This document shows positions 24,400-39,830 of a stretch of DNA of 64,000 nucleotides, piece after piece (position 1 is the first letter of the stretch; every line of letters starts with the position of its first letter). Under the pieces are notes generated by a model. The model was not told the origin of the DNA. It made no database searches and saw only the letters and a list, made by a program, of their open reading frames with translations. Location of the stretch: assembly GCA_040954595.2 (NCBI GenBank), contig CM082598.2:8385097-8449096 (forward strand), written 5' to 3'. Origin of the DNA: Balanoglossus misakiensis (Eukaryota; Animalia; Hemichordata). Made by a program: the position numbers and the translations under genes.

Positions 24400-27300
24400 A
24401 TGAAAGCTACCAGCACCATTGGTGGGGCCCAAACAGTTTCCATGGTTACCAGGGCTAGTATGCTAAGGCTGTATTCTGCTGTGAATACTAAGATATAGGA
24501 AATCTGGTCAAAGGTTACCCCGGGGTCACTGAAAATCGCGTCAGGGACACTGTGGTCTCATTTAGTGATTACACTAAAAGAAGTCTACACAGGAGTACAG
24601 ACAGACAGACACACACATAGAGAGGCAATAAAATATGACCCTCCCCCCCCGAAAACATTCGTTGTCCTTGATCTTATGTATGCCGGCCGGGTACAAGAGA
24701 CAAACCAGCCAATTAATGAAAATTTTGTACAAATACAGAGCTCAAAGTTGTATTTTAGTGAGCCCAAAAGCAAATTAGCTCAATGTTACGACAATTTTAC
24801 TTATGCCACTCAAAGTTTGCATCGGTGGGGTGGGATGGCAAGTAGCCTGTCCTGGTACAATAGACAAACCAGCCAATAAATGAAATGTGGTGAAGAATGA
24901 AGGGGTGGGTGTGATTAGTACATTTTGTAAAAAAAAGACCTCGGAACTGTAATTTTGTGGGGCAAAAAGAATGGGATCCCCCCTTAAAGGTTTCAAAAAA
25001 AAGATGACCCCGTCCCTTTTGGATTTTAAAGTTTAAATTCCCCCCTGGACTTTGCCGTCGCCCAAAGAAGTCGACTCATCAATTCTAGAAAAGTAGACTT
25101 TTTGCCAAAAATGATGAAAAAATGCATAAAAATAGAATATTCAAACTATTTGTTCAAAAAAATATAGGACTGTATATGGTTGACATAAGGTACTTGCATA
25201 CCAATTGTCAAATCAATCTGACCAGTGGTTGTCGAGTTTCTGAGTTTTGACCAATTTCAAATTGTCCCAGCTAATTTGCATTAATTTAAAAAGTTTAACT
25301 GAATATGGCTGCCAGGTCAAATAACTGATTTGAATTTCAAGGTGCACACTTGTTGGCAAGGACAGCTGTGACAAATTTGAGAAGCCTAGGTATTGCAGCT
25401 TTTCAGAGCCAGGTGTGCAAAAAAAATCCAGGGAATGGGGCCCAAGCTCCTGACAAAAAAACAGCACAATACCAAAAAGGGACTCATATTACTAACAAAA
25501 TGTAAGCCTGTAAGAATTCAAAAGCTGCATATCTTTTTACCACCTTGTGTCAGTACTAAGCAACAAGACTTTTTATAGAGTTGCTGTTTTAGTGGTCTTT
25601 GCAGATGCTAGAGATTAAAAAAAGAATCCAACAAGTTAAGATTTTCAGAAACAATGATAGCTATATCAATTACTTTTTGAAAAAATGTGATGTTCACCAC
25701 CTTGTTTTCAGAAAAGCATTTAAATAAATGTTTTTCCAAAGAGTTAAAACAAAGATTGGCAGCCATCTTGAATTTCAAAAAACTGCAACAATATCCCATA
25801 TGCAACAAATATGCAAATTCTACTATTTGACACCTGACTTTAGGTCAAGGGGTTTCAGAGAAGAGGACTACTCTTCAGACTCAGACAAAATAATAATGCA
25901 ATATTCAGCAGAATTTAAAAAAAAATGACTAAGATCACTAAGGGACAATTCACAACAAAGATCGAAACAATTAGACGTACCAATTTTAAAGATCATTATG
26001 AAAACTTTACAGATTCGGTCATAATGTAAACAAATAATATCACCCCTGTGGACATGACAATCAGATATGCATATTCTAATATGATTTTTAGTCCAAATAA
26101 AAAGGCAACTGCCCCCAAACTACAAAATGGCAGGTTATGTCACAAACTTCATGGAGATGCATACTAAATTTCAGAGAAAATTCCCCCCCCCCCACAAAAA
26201 AAATATGCAAATTTCACCACATTTTGAAGAAACAACTTGCGTCATCCCTAGAAACTTGCATAGTCAAAGAAATCCTACAAGCTTATTTCTTCTTCCAAAA
26301 ACAGTAAAAACTCGTTTCAAACTACAAATATGCAGAATTCAGCACAATTTGAACACGCATTACTTCGCTACCCCCAGACACCTGCATACCAAATTTGAAA
26401 GCATTTGCACCAGTGATTTCAGAAAAGAAAAGTGTTGACAGACATATGATGACTGAACATCTATCTACCTGTCTGACAATATTTGCAGTGCTAAGAGCAG
26501 AGCTAGAGATTGGTGTTGTCTTTTCACATTTTAAATCATCACACTTTGCTTCTCAAAGCTACTATTCTGCTCTGCTTGAGAAATGACTTGGGACCATTTT
26601 TGGCAAACAATAGTCACTAATCTTCCTGAGTTTATAGTACAATGTACCTACGCTGTTTTAGTAATATACTGATTATGTTCAGACTTTTTCTTGTGTCTGC
26701 ATATGTCTTTATTACAGAGGAATAATCTATCCGGTTGTCATTTCTCTGTTTATTCAGAAATAAACTAGTCTGGGTTGAAACAGTAGAAATTTTAAAATTG
26801 TCATACCTATTTCTGAAGAGAGTTCAAAACCAATACCTATGGGAAGCATTATATCACATTTGCTGGGTAACTGTGGATTTATAACTTTGGCTAATTACAG
26901 TGCTAACTCACACTGGATGATTCAACGGTATTTTTAGATTCAGATCAAAATATAAAGAACAGTACAAAGTGGCAAAATGGGATTGTTTTGTGAAAGCAAG
27001 TGGCTTACATTGAGAGACATTAGGGTACTATACTTAGGCCAAGTTGCTCAAAAATAATGGGGAAATCACTGGATGGGATGCATTTCATTACTGTCAGTAT
27101 TACTTGTCTCTGTTCCTGGTCCAAGCATTACCTTATAAATTGAAACCAGTTTTATCACTGCTTTTATCACAGTTTAGTTAACTTGAAATAAATATGAGTC
27201 ATATCATTACTCATACCATTGGTGTTGTCTTATCATTTTTTCACTGGAGATAGGAAGGCAAGATTGCAACTTACAGCTTTAGATTATTACGTGTTGAACC

Positions 27301-30300
27301 TTTCTGCAGTTATGATGGAAATAGTTTCAGCCTATACTATTTAAGATAAGAATCCTATTGAATCAGTCTGTATTTTCTCGGCAGATTTTTATTGAAAATA
27401 ATAGATTTATCGACAGTCACAAGTTGAGTACAACCAGAGTTTTGATCGGCTACCAGCTATTATCAGCAAGTAGTTTCAAAGAATACAATTTTTGATGTAA
27501 AATTGCAAAAATTGCCCCAAGAACACAAATATGAAAATTTCACTAACATTTTACAACATCTTACTTGGGTAACCCCTAGGAACGTTCCAAACAAATTTAA
27601 AAGCAATCTGACGAGGGATTTCAGAGAAAATGATTTTTGAGCAAAATTGGTAAAAATCTCCCAAACTTACAAGTATGCAATTTTTTGTAACAATTTACGA
27701 AAATCACCTAGATCAAATATAGGAAGCTTCATGCTAAAGTTTAAAGAAATTTGCTATCACTTCCATTAATTGTTTATTTGCAAAAAATGTGGAAAAGTCC
27801 AAACAAGCATAAAAAATAGAAAATTCATGATATTAGCTCAATTAGGTTTATATCCCTAGCCTGAGTAGGAACATGCCTACAAAATTCAAAGCAATCTACA
27901 AAAAGTTTCAGAAAAAACGATTTTCCAATAAAAATGGCAAAAATTGCCCCAACAATATGCAAAACCGGCAACAATTTGTGCAAAACTAACTAAGATCACC
28001 TATAGGAAGCTCCATAACATATTTTAATGTATTGTATCCCATCTTAGGGTAGATAAATACGTGGATGGAGTGCCTGGTTATCACATGTCATAGCCTTACA
28101 TGAAGATATTTAGAAAAATGTAGAAATATAGTAATTTTCTTAAAATTTTCACAATATGTGCCGAAATAGAAGTATCATTAAATGATAAAAAGAAAACACT
28201 CACACAATTATTTTATTTTTTGATTGAGTTGTTCAGATATTTCACCATAGGAAAACTATAACATTAGTTGTGCATGAAAAGTGCTGACTCAGCATTTTCC
28301 AGAATATTTTTTTATCCCCTTACTGAAAACGTAGCATTGAAACACCCTATTATCTCTCTATATTTGTTCTTAAGATTCATAATAAACAATATTTATCTAA
28401 AATGGAAATGACAACAATTTAACTTTTGAGCAGTCAACTATTAACAGAAACTTGGTGAGCTGTTTTAAAGATTTAATCAAAACAATGGGAGACCCACCAA
28501 ATAAACCTGACCAATTCACAAAGTAATTTACCTCACCTCTTGAGATCGAGCTTCAACAATAGTAGAAAAATGCTTGTGAAATATCAAAATTTACCAAGAA
28601 GCTTCATAAACATTTTTCTGATTAAGAGTGACTTTTGAAAAAATAATTTGGAAAGGATTCTATTATTTGATATTTTACATCAAAATGAAGGAAAAAATCT
28701 CCAATGAGTTGAAATGAGAAATCCATGTACACAAACATTTGTGAAATACTTCCCCTATACCATTAATACAATTAGATCCCCTATTCAAATAGTCATAATC
28801 AACCCACTTTTTGATCGTGGAGGATAGCACTACATAAAGGTTACCAAGTGGAGAATATTCAAGTGATTATTAGAGGTGTCCATGATGACCAACGGTAGAT
28901 TGCTGCCCCAATAAAATTGATAGGGTGAATTAACTATTTGATTAAAAACAGTAACATATAAACTGGCTATGTAGCAGGTATACAACAAGTTATGGTTACC
29001 AGAAAAGGTACTTGACGGGGCCTGGAACTTCATGTTGAAATGCTATGTATACAGCATGTATACAGCAAATCATGCCGTAAGGGTCTTCAACATAGGATCC
29101 AAGGTCTTCTCCCCCTCCTGCACAGCCTAATTGATGACCACTTAAGACACCGCCTGTGAATCAAATATATGTGCATGTTTATAAGTAAACCAATCACAAA
29201 CTTGCATTAGGGACTGTCCAGAATATACTTCCAGGGGGGGCCGGAGGATTTTCAGGGGGGGGGGGGGTCACCAATTTTCCCCAAGAAAAATTAGGGGGGG
29301 GGGGCAGACATAAAAATCACAGTCCTTTAGGGGGGCCATGTAAAAAAACCTCACAAACTTAATATTTGCCCAGAAGTACTGATTTATAAGAAACAAACCA
29401 GCATGGCTACCTGGATGACAGATGAACTCCACAAGCGTATTATTAAATCATCATAAGCTGGAATTTCGGGTAATTTTTACGGTGGTGTATTTCGTATATG
29501 TACTACAGTTTCTTGAGTAGTAGTCTGTGAAGCATAATAAGATGTCCAACTTTTTTGGCCTGCCAGCCAAACCATATATGTAAAGTGAACAGTCGGTGTT
29601 GTTACTGTTAATAACTGAGCACAATTCAAGTCCAGACAAATTTTAAAGAATTAGACTTTTTGACAATCTATCTATACAAGCAGCTAGTGATAAATTAATT
29701 CTACATTTTATAGAATAAAGCATAGTACGCCTGAAGTATTTTGTAGAGTGACTGTGAATAAAGTAAGACATAATAAATCACATTAATTTTACTTGCTAAA
29801 ACATGGTACTCGGGTGAGAATCCAGATTTAAAGCCATACTAGCCGTAACTCTTGTTAACTCTTAAGATTTTTTGACCTCGAAGTATGTGTTGATTTCTTT
29901 TCTATTTTGTTCAAAATAGCACAATATATGGGCAAGAATTCTAATTCCTACAAACTAAAATAATACACAATATTTATTTTTTAAAATGTCTTTTTGTTTG
30001 AAGTCTGAATCGTGCTTGTCTACAATTTTTGTGAGGCTCAACACAGTTGAATTTGCAATTTCTGTCTCATTGATATCTCAAAGATATTAATGGCACCCTG
30101 CTTTCTGGTAATATTAAACTTAAAGAGACATTGGCTTTAACTTTTGTCAATTTTTATCTGAATGTTTTAGTCCTCTGTGTCAAGTGCACTTTCTTGGTCC
30201 ACTCCTCAGAGTATGCTCATGTGTAACAGCAAATGTTTTGCCTGTGATGTACCTATTGTTTTGATTATAGTACAAACACATAAAATTATATTGTTTTGTG

Positions 30301-33300
30301 CCAGCCAAACTTGTTAAAAAAAGGTTTAAAAAACCCCATAAAATTGTGCATGACTACATTATTTTTTAATTTACCAATTGAAAAACAAGAAACATTTTAT
30401 TTAATATGTTTTTGCCAAAACTTGCAGAATCTTTTTAAAATACTGTAAAGGACACAATCTCATTTTGATTTGAATTTTCTAAAAAATACTTGATTGTTGA
30501 TTGTAAAAAAGAGAAAGTAAAATATGAAATTGTTAAACAATTGATTATTGTCAATTTCCTGAAACTGTCACACATAACCCATTGAAAAATGCTGTATTGA
30601 AAAATATAAATCAAATACTATGTCACTCTGCTTGATAATTAGATACAATGATCATAATTGTATATTTTCCTTTGAAAAACCTCTGATGCAAAAGTGCTGA
30701 TGCAGTGTTTTTGACATGGCTTATTTGCAACTGAAGTGTTTGATATAGTGGACATAGTAGGAAGTTTTGTCATAATTAATTTATTTTCAGAAAACTACAA
30801 TCTTAGTTGCCCATTGCTAGGCTTCCCAAAAGTGTGCCACTTGCAGTCCCTGCAAAAACATGATTTTTATGACCACTTAACTGTCCCCTGTAAAATTGGT
30901 TATATCAGTGTGTAAATGATCTCTTGATTGTTCTTGCAAAGGGTGATGAACTTGTCTTGTCAGACTGTTTGTGCCGTAGTCTGTAAGTATGCATGTATAT
31001 ATTGGGGGGCATGGAAAAAACAGGAAATTTAAGGGAGGGGGCACAGATTTTCTGCACAATTTACTTGGGGGCCATGGAAAAAAATCACCAGGAAAATAAG
31101 AAATCCTCCAGCCCCACTCTGGAAGTAAATTCGGGACAGTCCCTTATGTCATACTAATAAGTCAAAAATGCAGAACATGGTATAATGTAGAGTCAGTGCT
31201 GTGTTGTGACAACACACAACAATGGAATACTTAGCAGAGAAATCTGTGAAAACAGCAATTTTGAAACTCCATTTACATCAGTAATAGTACTGCAGAGTAA
31301 AGAAGCTCCACATGGGTATACTCTTACATGGCAATCAGGTGACAAATGATATTTATGTGTAAACAACAGAAACATGCACACAGACTTAATAACACTGTAC
31401 CTAAAACATACCCACCCATGGACGGCAAACAAATAATTAAATTCAAGGCGCCTATATACAATTACAGCTATGGGTAATTCTGCCAATTCTAAATTTATGT
31501 CCAGTTCATTCACGTCATCATAATCATGTACAGGAAATCAATAATGCCCTAAAAAAGCAAATATAGATGAACCCATGCTTACCAGAAAGTAGTCTTAACC
31601 AAGCTTCAGCGCACAGGAGAACGAGAAACCCTGGACCAGTTGAAATTGCGACAATCGTGGCTTCCATCTGTGAATGAAATATGCATAGCAGTTAGTAACA
31701 AATCATAAACCTGTATGTCGTGATATAAGGGAGTGTTGAGAATATACTTCCCCAGGAATTGAGGTGGCTGTAGGATTTCCAGGGGGCCATCGATATTTTT
31801 ACATAAGAAATTTTGGGGGGCACAAACACTGGACTTTTTGGGATGGCTATGAAAAAATAGCGTCAAGGACACTGTGGTCCCATTTGAGGATTACGCAGAA
31901 TAAGTTATACACAAGAATAAAAATCACATGTGACATTGGCAAGCAGATATGACCTAACCATATATAAATATGAAAATGTAAAAAAAATAACAAGGAACAT
32001 GCCCAATACACTGTCATGTGTCGAGGCAGGCTTAAAAGCTGTGCTATAAAAATTTATGTTTGACCAAAAATTGTGTGTAGAAACACACATGACAAGCAAC
32101 TTCTTACAGTCAGCCCTGGGACAGACGGACAGACATTCAATAGCTAGTGGTCTCTGTAACAGCTGGCCTATTAAAGTTATGTAAACATGTAGTGTAAACA
32201 GTCTGGGGGTACCAATACCTTGTAAACAGTAACTTTCAATGCAACTGGACATTAGTTTAGAAGATTTGCTAACCAAAAACAATAATTTGCAAAAAAACTC
32301 GCTAAATATTTCTTCAAAAGTGAAAAAAACACATACTTGCAAATATCACCAAAATTGTTCAAAATCATAACTTAAATCACCACAAGGAACATGCCTGCCA
32401 AAAAGCGAAACAATCGAAGCAATCTGACAAGTGGTTTCAGAGGGGAAAGATGACAAAAAAATTATCAAAATTATAAATATGTAATTTTTTGCAATAATCT
32501 GAACAAAACCATGGTTACTCAGACAACCTATAAGAAGCTTCATACTAAATTTCAAAGAAGTAGGCCGATCACTTTCAGAAAGGAAGATTTTTTACCAATA
32601 ATGATGAAAAATTAATATAAACAAATGCATCAAAAATAGAAAATCAATATTAGCTCAAAACATACAGGACTGTTTGAGGTAGACATAAGGTACCTGCATA
32701 CCAATTTCCAAATCAATCTGACCAGTAGTTGTTCAGTTTGAGTTTTGACCCATTTCATATTTTTCCATCTAATTTGCATATTTTTGTCAATGACAACTTC
32801 ATTTGAAGAAACTCCCATATACAGCCAGGGCATGCATCTACACACGAAATATCGAGGTGATAAACGCAGCAGTTTTCAAGTTTTTGATGTGGACGGATAT
32901 ACAGACATGCATCCACACATACATACAGACGGAACTGATTCCATTAGGTCCCAAATGGGACCTAAAAGTTCAAAGCAACCTGACAAGCGCTTTCAGAGAA
33001 ACTTTTTTGATAAAAATTGTAAAAAAATTCCCCAATAACACAAGCACGCAAATTTTAAGCATATTTTACATCTTACTTGGGTTACCCCCTAAGAATCTGC
33101 ATACCAAATTTCAAAGCATTCTGAGCAAAAATTGTTCAAAATTAAAAATGCCAATTTTACAACAATTTCGATTTGAACAAAAACTATGGTAACTCGGACC
33201 ACCTATAGGAAGCTTCATACTATATTTTGAAGGAGTCGGTCTATCGCTTTCAGAAATGAAGATTTTTTACCAATAATGCAGAAAAAGACAAAACAATAAA

Positions 33301-36300
33301 AAATAGAAAATTCATAATATTAGCTCAAACCTACAGGACAGTATGGCGTTTATTGACATATTTATATGAATATGGATAGCGTATGATGGGGGGAGTATAA
33401 ATTCTGAGGGGGTCATCAATTTTTTGTCATAACTTTTGGGGGTCAAAGAAAAAATAACCTAAAAAGTAGGAAATCCTACACCCCCCCAAGCTTTCATTCT
33501 GACCAATAACTTTTTATGAAGGCCTCTGTAGTTTTGAAAGAAAGATTGCCAGCTATGTTAGACTATCAATCTACAGAGGGGATGAAAAATCCTATGTGAA
33601 GTGTCCAGTCTTTGATCAACTTCCGTAAGTTTCAACAGGTAAAAATATACTTGTAAATGTTTATCAACTTCAATACGTCTGAAACAGTATGCTTGCAAAT
33701 GTATTAACGTAGTCAGATAACTGAATAGTGAAGATAGCAAAACAAACAGGTTTATGCTTATGGCCATACCTACTATTAGCGATTGACATGTTGTACATAG
33801 CAAATTATTGTTTGGAGTTATTGTCAACATGTTTTTATTGCATAAAGTCTCTTTATTGCATGTTTCGTTTTACTCTGGATAGAAATCTGTCCAAAGACGT
33901 TTATAGACTTGATGGGGATGATTTAAAATAGTGTTCTCAAAAACCTTCAATTTCATGCCCTCTATTTATGAAGTTGAGGAGAGGTTGTATTCCTAGTAGG
34001 ATGTTGAAATCACTGGCGAGAAACCATGTCAGTATAAAAAAATTGATAGGGGTGGTATCAAAGTTTGAAGATACCCAACATGATAAAATCAGTGTCCACA
34101 CGAGTTTAAGTTTCTCGTCTAGTCAATCTACGAGATTTGGGCACCTAACCCACCATAAATTGCAACAGAATTGTTTTCTTCAGAATATATTTTGGAGAGG
34201 TGTCTAGATTAATTGAACCCAAATCCATCTTGTGGAAATATTTCTAATTTGCATAAATTTAATATTGAAAATTAGGGGGCCAAATATCAAGAAATAAACA
34301 CGACTTTTTCTATGATTTTAAAGTATAAAAATATTTCATGTACATGAGGAACCATCTTGAAATAATATTTGACATGGGCAGATTTCATAAATTTCATAAA
34401 TTTAATATGCTGAACAGTATTCATAGAAACCCATATTTGGGCTGTATATTGGGTATTAGACAAGCTATTTAAGTGTTTTTATTCAAAACTATCTCTATGA
34501 CATTTGGAACAATTTTGAAAAAAAAATGTTTACATTTGCACTTTATATTTTGAATAAATCCAATATGGCCGCCAAATGAATGTACAACAGCTTATCATAC
34601 TGCGGCATATATAATAATAACCTCATACTAAATTTCGAAGGATTCAGACTATCGCTCTCAGAAGTGAAGATTTTTTTTACCAATAATGTGGAAAAAGAAA
34701 AAAAATTAATAAACATTAGAAAATTCATAATATTAGCTCAAAACATACAGGACTGTATGGGTTCATTGACATACCAGTTTTCAGATCAATCTGACCAGTA
34801 GCTGTCTTGTTTCTGACTTTTGACCAATTTCACATTTTCACAGGTAATACTTTCAGCAATGACAACTACATTTGAACAAAATCCCGTCTACAGCCCCGCC
34901 TGCATCTACACACTAAATATGGAAGTGATACGCGTAGCGGTTTTCATCCATTCACTCGTACATACAAATGCAACTGATTCCTCGGGTCCCAATCATATAC
35001 ATGCACATAAACCAAATGGGACCTAAAAATTGCTCCTAAATTATAAATACCCAAATTTTGGCAGCAATTTAAACAAAACTAAGGTTGGTAACACAGATCA
35101 CCTATGAAGCTTCATACTAATTATCAAACAAATCAGCTGATCAATTCCAGAAAAGTAGATTTTTTCCCGATAATGTGGAAAGAGACAAAAAATGCATAAA
35201 AATAAAAATTTACATTATTAGCTCACAATATATAGAATTGTGTGAGGTTAACTTAAGGTACATGCATACCAATTTTCAATTTTGAAAGCAATTTGCCCAG
35301 TAGTTGTCGAGTTTCAGAGTTTACCAATTAGACACTTTCCCAGTTAATTTGCATATTTTAGCAATGACAACTTCATTTAGACAAACTCCCATCTACCCCC
35401 CTGTCTGCATCTCCACACAAAATATCTAGGTTTCCAAGTGTTTGATGTTGATGGACATACAAACAAACATCCATACATCAGGTGCAACTGATCCCATAAG
35501 GTTCCATGGCATAAATACAAATACCAAATGGGACCTAACAATTCTGATAAAATGCCTACATAGCTAGTGTAAAAACACTTGTACTTTCAACGCCCTTGGA
35601 CAACACATTTTTGTAACTTCCCCAGATCAATGGCTAATATTACTTTCCAAAGGCGACTAAAATTTTGGGGGGCCTGATGCAATTCTGATACATGTACTTC
35701 ATGATTTAGAGATATGGTGATAATCCTGTCAACCGAATTACAGGGAAATCAGATTTTCCATGTAAAATCATATCACCCAAAAATTTCAAAAGTGTCGAAA
35801 ATAATTTTGAAACAAAAAGTCTACTCAAAATCATACCAAAATTTAAAGTTTAATGCAGTTGGGCAAGCAATTTGAGAATGAAGAAATTTACAAAATAATT
35901 TATAAATACAAATGCCGCACACAAACTTACAATTACTACCATATTACTGTACATGTTAAAAGGACATTGTACCAGCAGATACATTGCGATCGAGCAATCC
36001 CCAAGATATACATGACAGGGTCTAATTACAAATATTGAATATGTAAAATAAGTACACATAACTTCCAGTCTTTCAGTACAGTCAGCTGCTTGTGAACAAT
36101 AGGCATGTAGCTATTTCATCAAATTTATAGCCCAAGTCATGCCTATACAATTCTCCCCTGAAATACTTTTAAGCTACCCTAAGTGAGTGATGAAAATCTC
36201 ATATGGTCGACAATTTGAAGATGACCGATTTTTGCCATGTTAAAGAAATGGGAGTTCATATTAATGCGTTTAATATGCTAACTACAGAGACAGACATGTT

Positions 36301-39300
36301 TGACCAAAGCATGAAATACAAAAAATGTATCATTTCTTCTATCTCTTACTACAGTGGGTTGTGGACTTTTCACCCAGAATGCAATGTGATTTGACCCCCT
36401 AGCGCAAAGTGAAAACCTATTTAAGGCAGCCAGAATTTTCTGCACAGTATGACGGGAAACATTTGTAAAGTCATGGCTAGCGTGGGCTGGTAAGTTTATG
36501 GGACTCTCCATGATAACCGATTGTGGCTTGCCACCACCATAATTTTGAAAGGGTGACTTCACTATTTGATGGGAAAAGGTAGCATTTACAAATAAGCTAT
36601 GGAGCATGTATACAGCAAGTTGTGCTTACCGGAAAGCGGTCTTGGATCAGGCCTAGGTATTCTCTTCCTCCTCCGGCATACGTTGAAATGCTGTGTTTAA
36701 GACTGTGAATCAAATATATGCAAATATTAATTAGTAACCAATCAACTTTGCTTTAGAATTATGTGGGCCATACTAATTAGTGAAAATATGCAAAACATGG
36801 TATAATGTAGGGTCAGACTGTGCTGCGATAATGTACAACAGTGGAATACGTATCAAAGAAATCTGTAACAGCGATCTTAAAACTCCATTTACATCAGTAC
36901 TGCAGTAAAGTGGTCCACATGGGTATACCCCAAACATTGCAATTAGGTGACAACTGAAACTGACATCATATCAGATTCTGTAAATGACAGAAGGTGTACA
37001 CGCACTTTGACATCTACGTAACACTGTACAATGATTTCTTAGTTTGTTGTGAAAATGAAACTTGCATTTGATCCATCTCACTTTTCATACAACAGATTAG
37101 CATAAGAATGTACATTGTTGGCAATTATAAAACATTTATTTAAGTATAGAAAAGTGAGCCTTAAAATTTAAACTTTGAATATCAGTATACTAAAATGTTT
37201 CAAACGTAGCTGTCAGTATATCTCATGGCATGGTGGCGGAAGTAGATTTTGTTACCAGGGAAGACATATTGAACACAGACAAGCCCAATAGTCGCTTGGT
37301 GATTTTTTATCTTTATAAAGATTCTCAAAACTGTTTGTGCATTTGGTAGCTTTGAGCAAGTTTCTGGTACTGATCAGAGTTTTCGAATTCAGAACTGCGC
37401 TTCTCTGGCTTTGGTTACCATCAGCCAATGTGATCTTAAGCACACATTTTTGAAAAAAAAATCCAGCCTGTTTGTGTCATGATTTATATTTTTCTTTGTG
37501 GCCTAAGGTATTGTTTTATTTCACTCTAACGAACTTTACTTTCCTTCATGTGTCTAATATAATAACATTTCTCTTAGCCAGTTTGATTAAGCATGGTGTT
37601 GGACTAGCACACTTTCAGCCAAAGTTACGGTATATCCCTGTGTATTGGTATGGGAGTAATTTCTAGCTATATGGTTAAGGAAATGCATCCAAATTTAATT
37701 TATGCTTCACATGAAGATTTGAACTTGACCATTTAATTCATGTCATCACGATCATATCACAGGCAGTCGAGGCCAGAATTCGAAGGGAAAAAAAGTATTG
37801 ATAACTGGAATGTGTAAATTAGTTCGTAGACATATATTGCTTTCTATTGCTTTGGTTGCAACGCCCGATAAAGGCAAATTTATAGCAAGTCATGCTTACC
37901 ATTGAGCGGTCTTAAACTCGCCCCAGACGAGGAAGAGAATCCTGAGTTGAAATGCAGACAATCTCAGGCAGCATCTGAGAATCAAATAGACATAGAAGTT
38001 AGTAACCAGTCATAGAAGCTCTAAGTTGAATGTAAAAGTCTAAGTTGGGCGTACCAACTTTCCTTGTTAACAGTAACTTTCAAAGAAACTGAACAATTGG
38101 TTTAAAAGATTCGCAATCCAAAAACAAAGAAATTTACAACAAAATACCTAAATATTGACAACCAGAATTCAATCAAAGTAGCACATACATGTAAGTGTGT
38201 TACGAAATTGTTAACCAACTTCTAAAGCAACCAGAAAAAAATTTGGGTTACCCCTAGGAATTTGTTCAAAAGTGGCAAAAACACAAATATGCAAAAATCA
38301 CTATAATTTTACACCATCTTACTTCAATCACTACAAGGAACATTCCTGCCAAAGTTCAAAGCAATCAGACAACGGTTTGAACGTTTTCAGAGAAAACAGT
38401 TTTTGACAAAGATTGCAAAAAATATCCCCAAATAAGACAAGCACGAAGTTTTAACCATGTTTACGACATCTTACTTGGGTTACCCCTGGGAATATGCCTA
38501 CCAAATTGCAAAGCATTCTGACCAAAATTGGCAAAATTGCTCAAAATTATAAATATGCCTATTTTACAACAATCTGAACAAAACTATGGAAACTTGGACC
38601 ACCTTTAGGAAGCTTCATACTTAATTTCGAAGGATTCAGGGTATCGCTTTCAGAAGTGAAGATTTTTTTACCAATAATGTGGAAAAAGACAAAAAATTAA
38701 TAAACATTAGAAAATTCATAATATTAGCTCAAAGCATACAGGACTGTATGGGGTTCATTGACATACCAGTTTTCAGATCAATCTGACCAGTGGTTGTTGA
38801 GTTTCTGACTTTTGACCAATTTCACATTTTCACAGGTAATACTTTTGGCAATGGCAACCTCGTTTGAACAAAATCCCATCTACAGCCCCGCCTTCATCTA
38901 CACACTAAATATGGAAGTGATACGCGCAGCAGTTTTCATCCGTTCATCCATACACACAGATGCAAGTCATTCCATAAGGTCCCAATCGTATATATGTATA
39001 CACAAACCAAATGCCATGGGACCTAAAAATTGCTACAAAATTAAAATACACAAATTTTGCAACACTTTAATCAAAACTATGGTAACTCAGATCACCTGCG
39101 AAGCTTCATACTAAATTTCAAACAAGTCAGCTGCTCAATTCCAGAAAAGTAGATTTTTTACCGATAATGTGGAGACAAAAAATGCATAAACATTGGAAAT
39201 TCACATAAGCTGACAACATAAAGGGCTGTGTGAGGTTACCATAAGGTACATGCATATCAATTTTCAATTTTGAAAGCAATTTACCCAGTAGTACTATAAG

Positions 39301-39830
39301 GTACGTGCATATCAATTTTCAATTTTGAAAGCAATTTACCCAGTAGTTTTTGAGTTCCTGAGTTTTGACAAATTTGACACTTTCCCAGCTCATTTGCATA
39401 TTTTGGCAATGACAACTTCATTTAGACAAACTCCCACCTACTGCCCTGCCTGCATCTCCACACTAAATATCAAGGTCACACGCCAGTAGTTTCCAAATGT
39501 TTGATGTTGATGGACATACAGACAAACATCCATACAGACATCCATACATACAGGTGCAACTGATCCTGTAAGGTCCCATCGTATAAATACATATACCAAA
39601 CGGGACCTAATAATTTTAGTAAAATGCCTTCATAGCTAGTGTAAAAACCACTTGTGCCTTCAACGTGCTTGGACAACACATTTTTGTAACTTTCCCAGAT
39701 CAATGGCTAATATTACATGCCAAGGGTGATTAGAATTTTTTTTTCGGGGGGGTGGGATGCAATTCTGATACATGTACTTCATTATTTAGAGATAGGATTT
39801 AAAATACTGTCAACCGAATTAAAGGGAAAT
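24400..39830. repeat. Patchwork of old interspersed repeats (MITE/Helentron-like), densest at ~24.5-28.1, 31.85-35.75 and 38.1-39.8 kb
   Basis: Recurrent motifs CATACCAAATTTCAAAGCAATCTGAC, TTTCAGAGAA(G)AAGATTTTT, GAAGCTTCATACTAAATTT and GACAGACAGAC; GCGTCA(G/A)GGACACTGTGGTC at ~24537 and ~31860. Confidence 0.6.
29210..31143. mobile_element. Non-autonomous PIF/Harbinger-like TIR element
   Basis: TTA|GGGACTGTCCAGAATATACTTCCAG ... CTGGAAGTAAATTCGGGACAGTCCC|TTA. It interrupts sequence that is contiguous in the paralogous copy at ~36.75 kb. GGG ends with a TWA TSD are typical of PIF/Harbinger. Confidence 0.75.
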
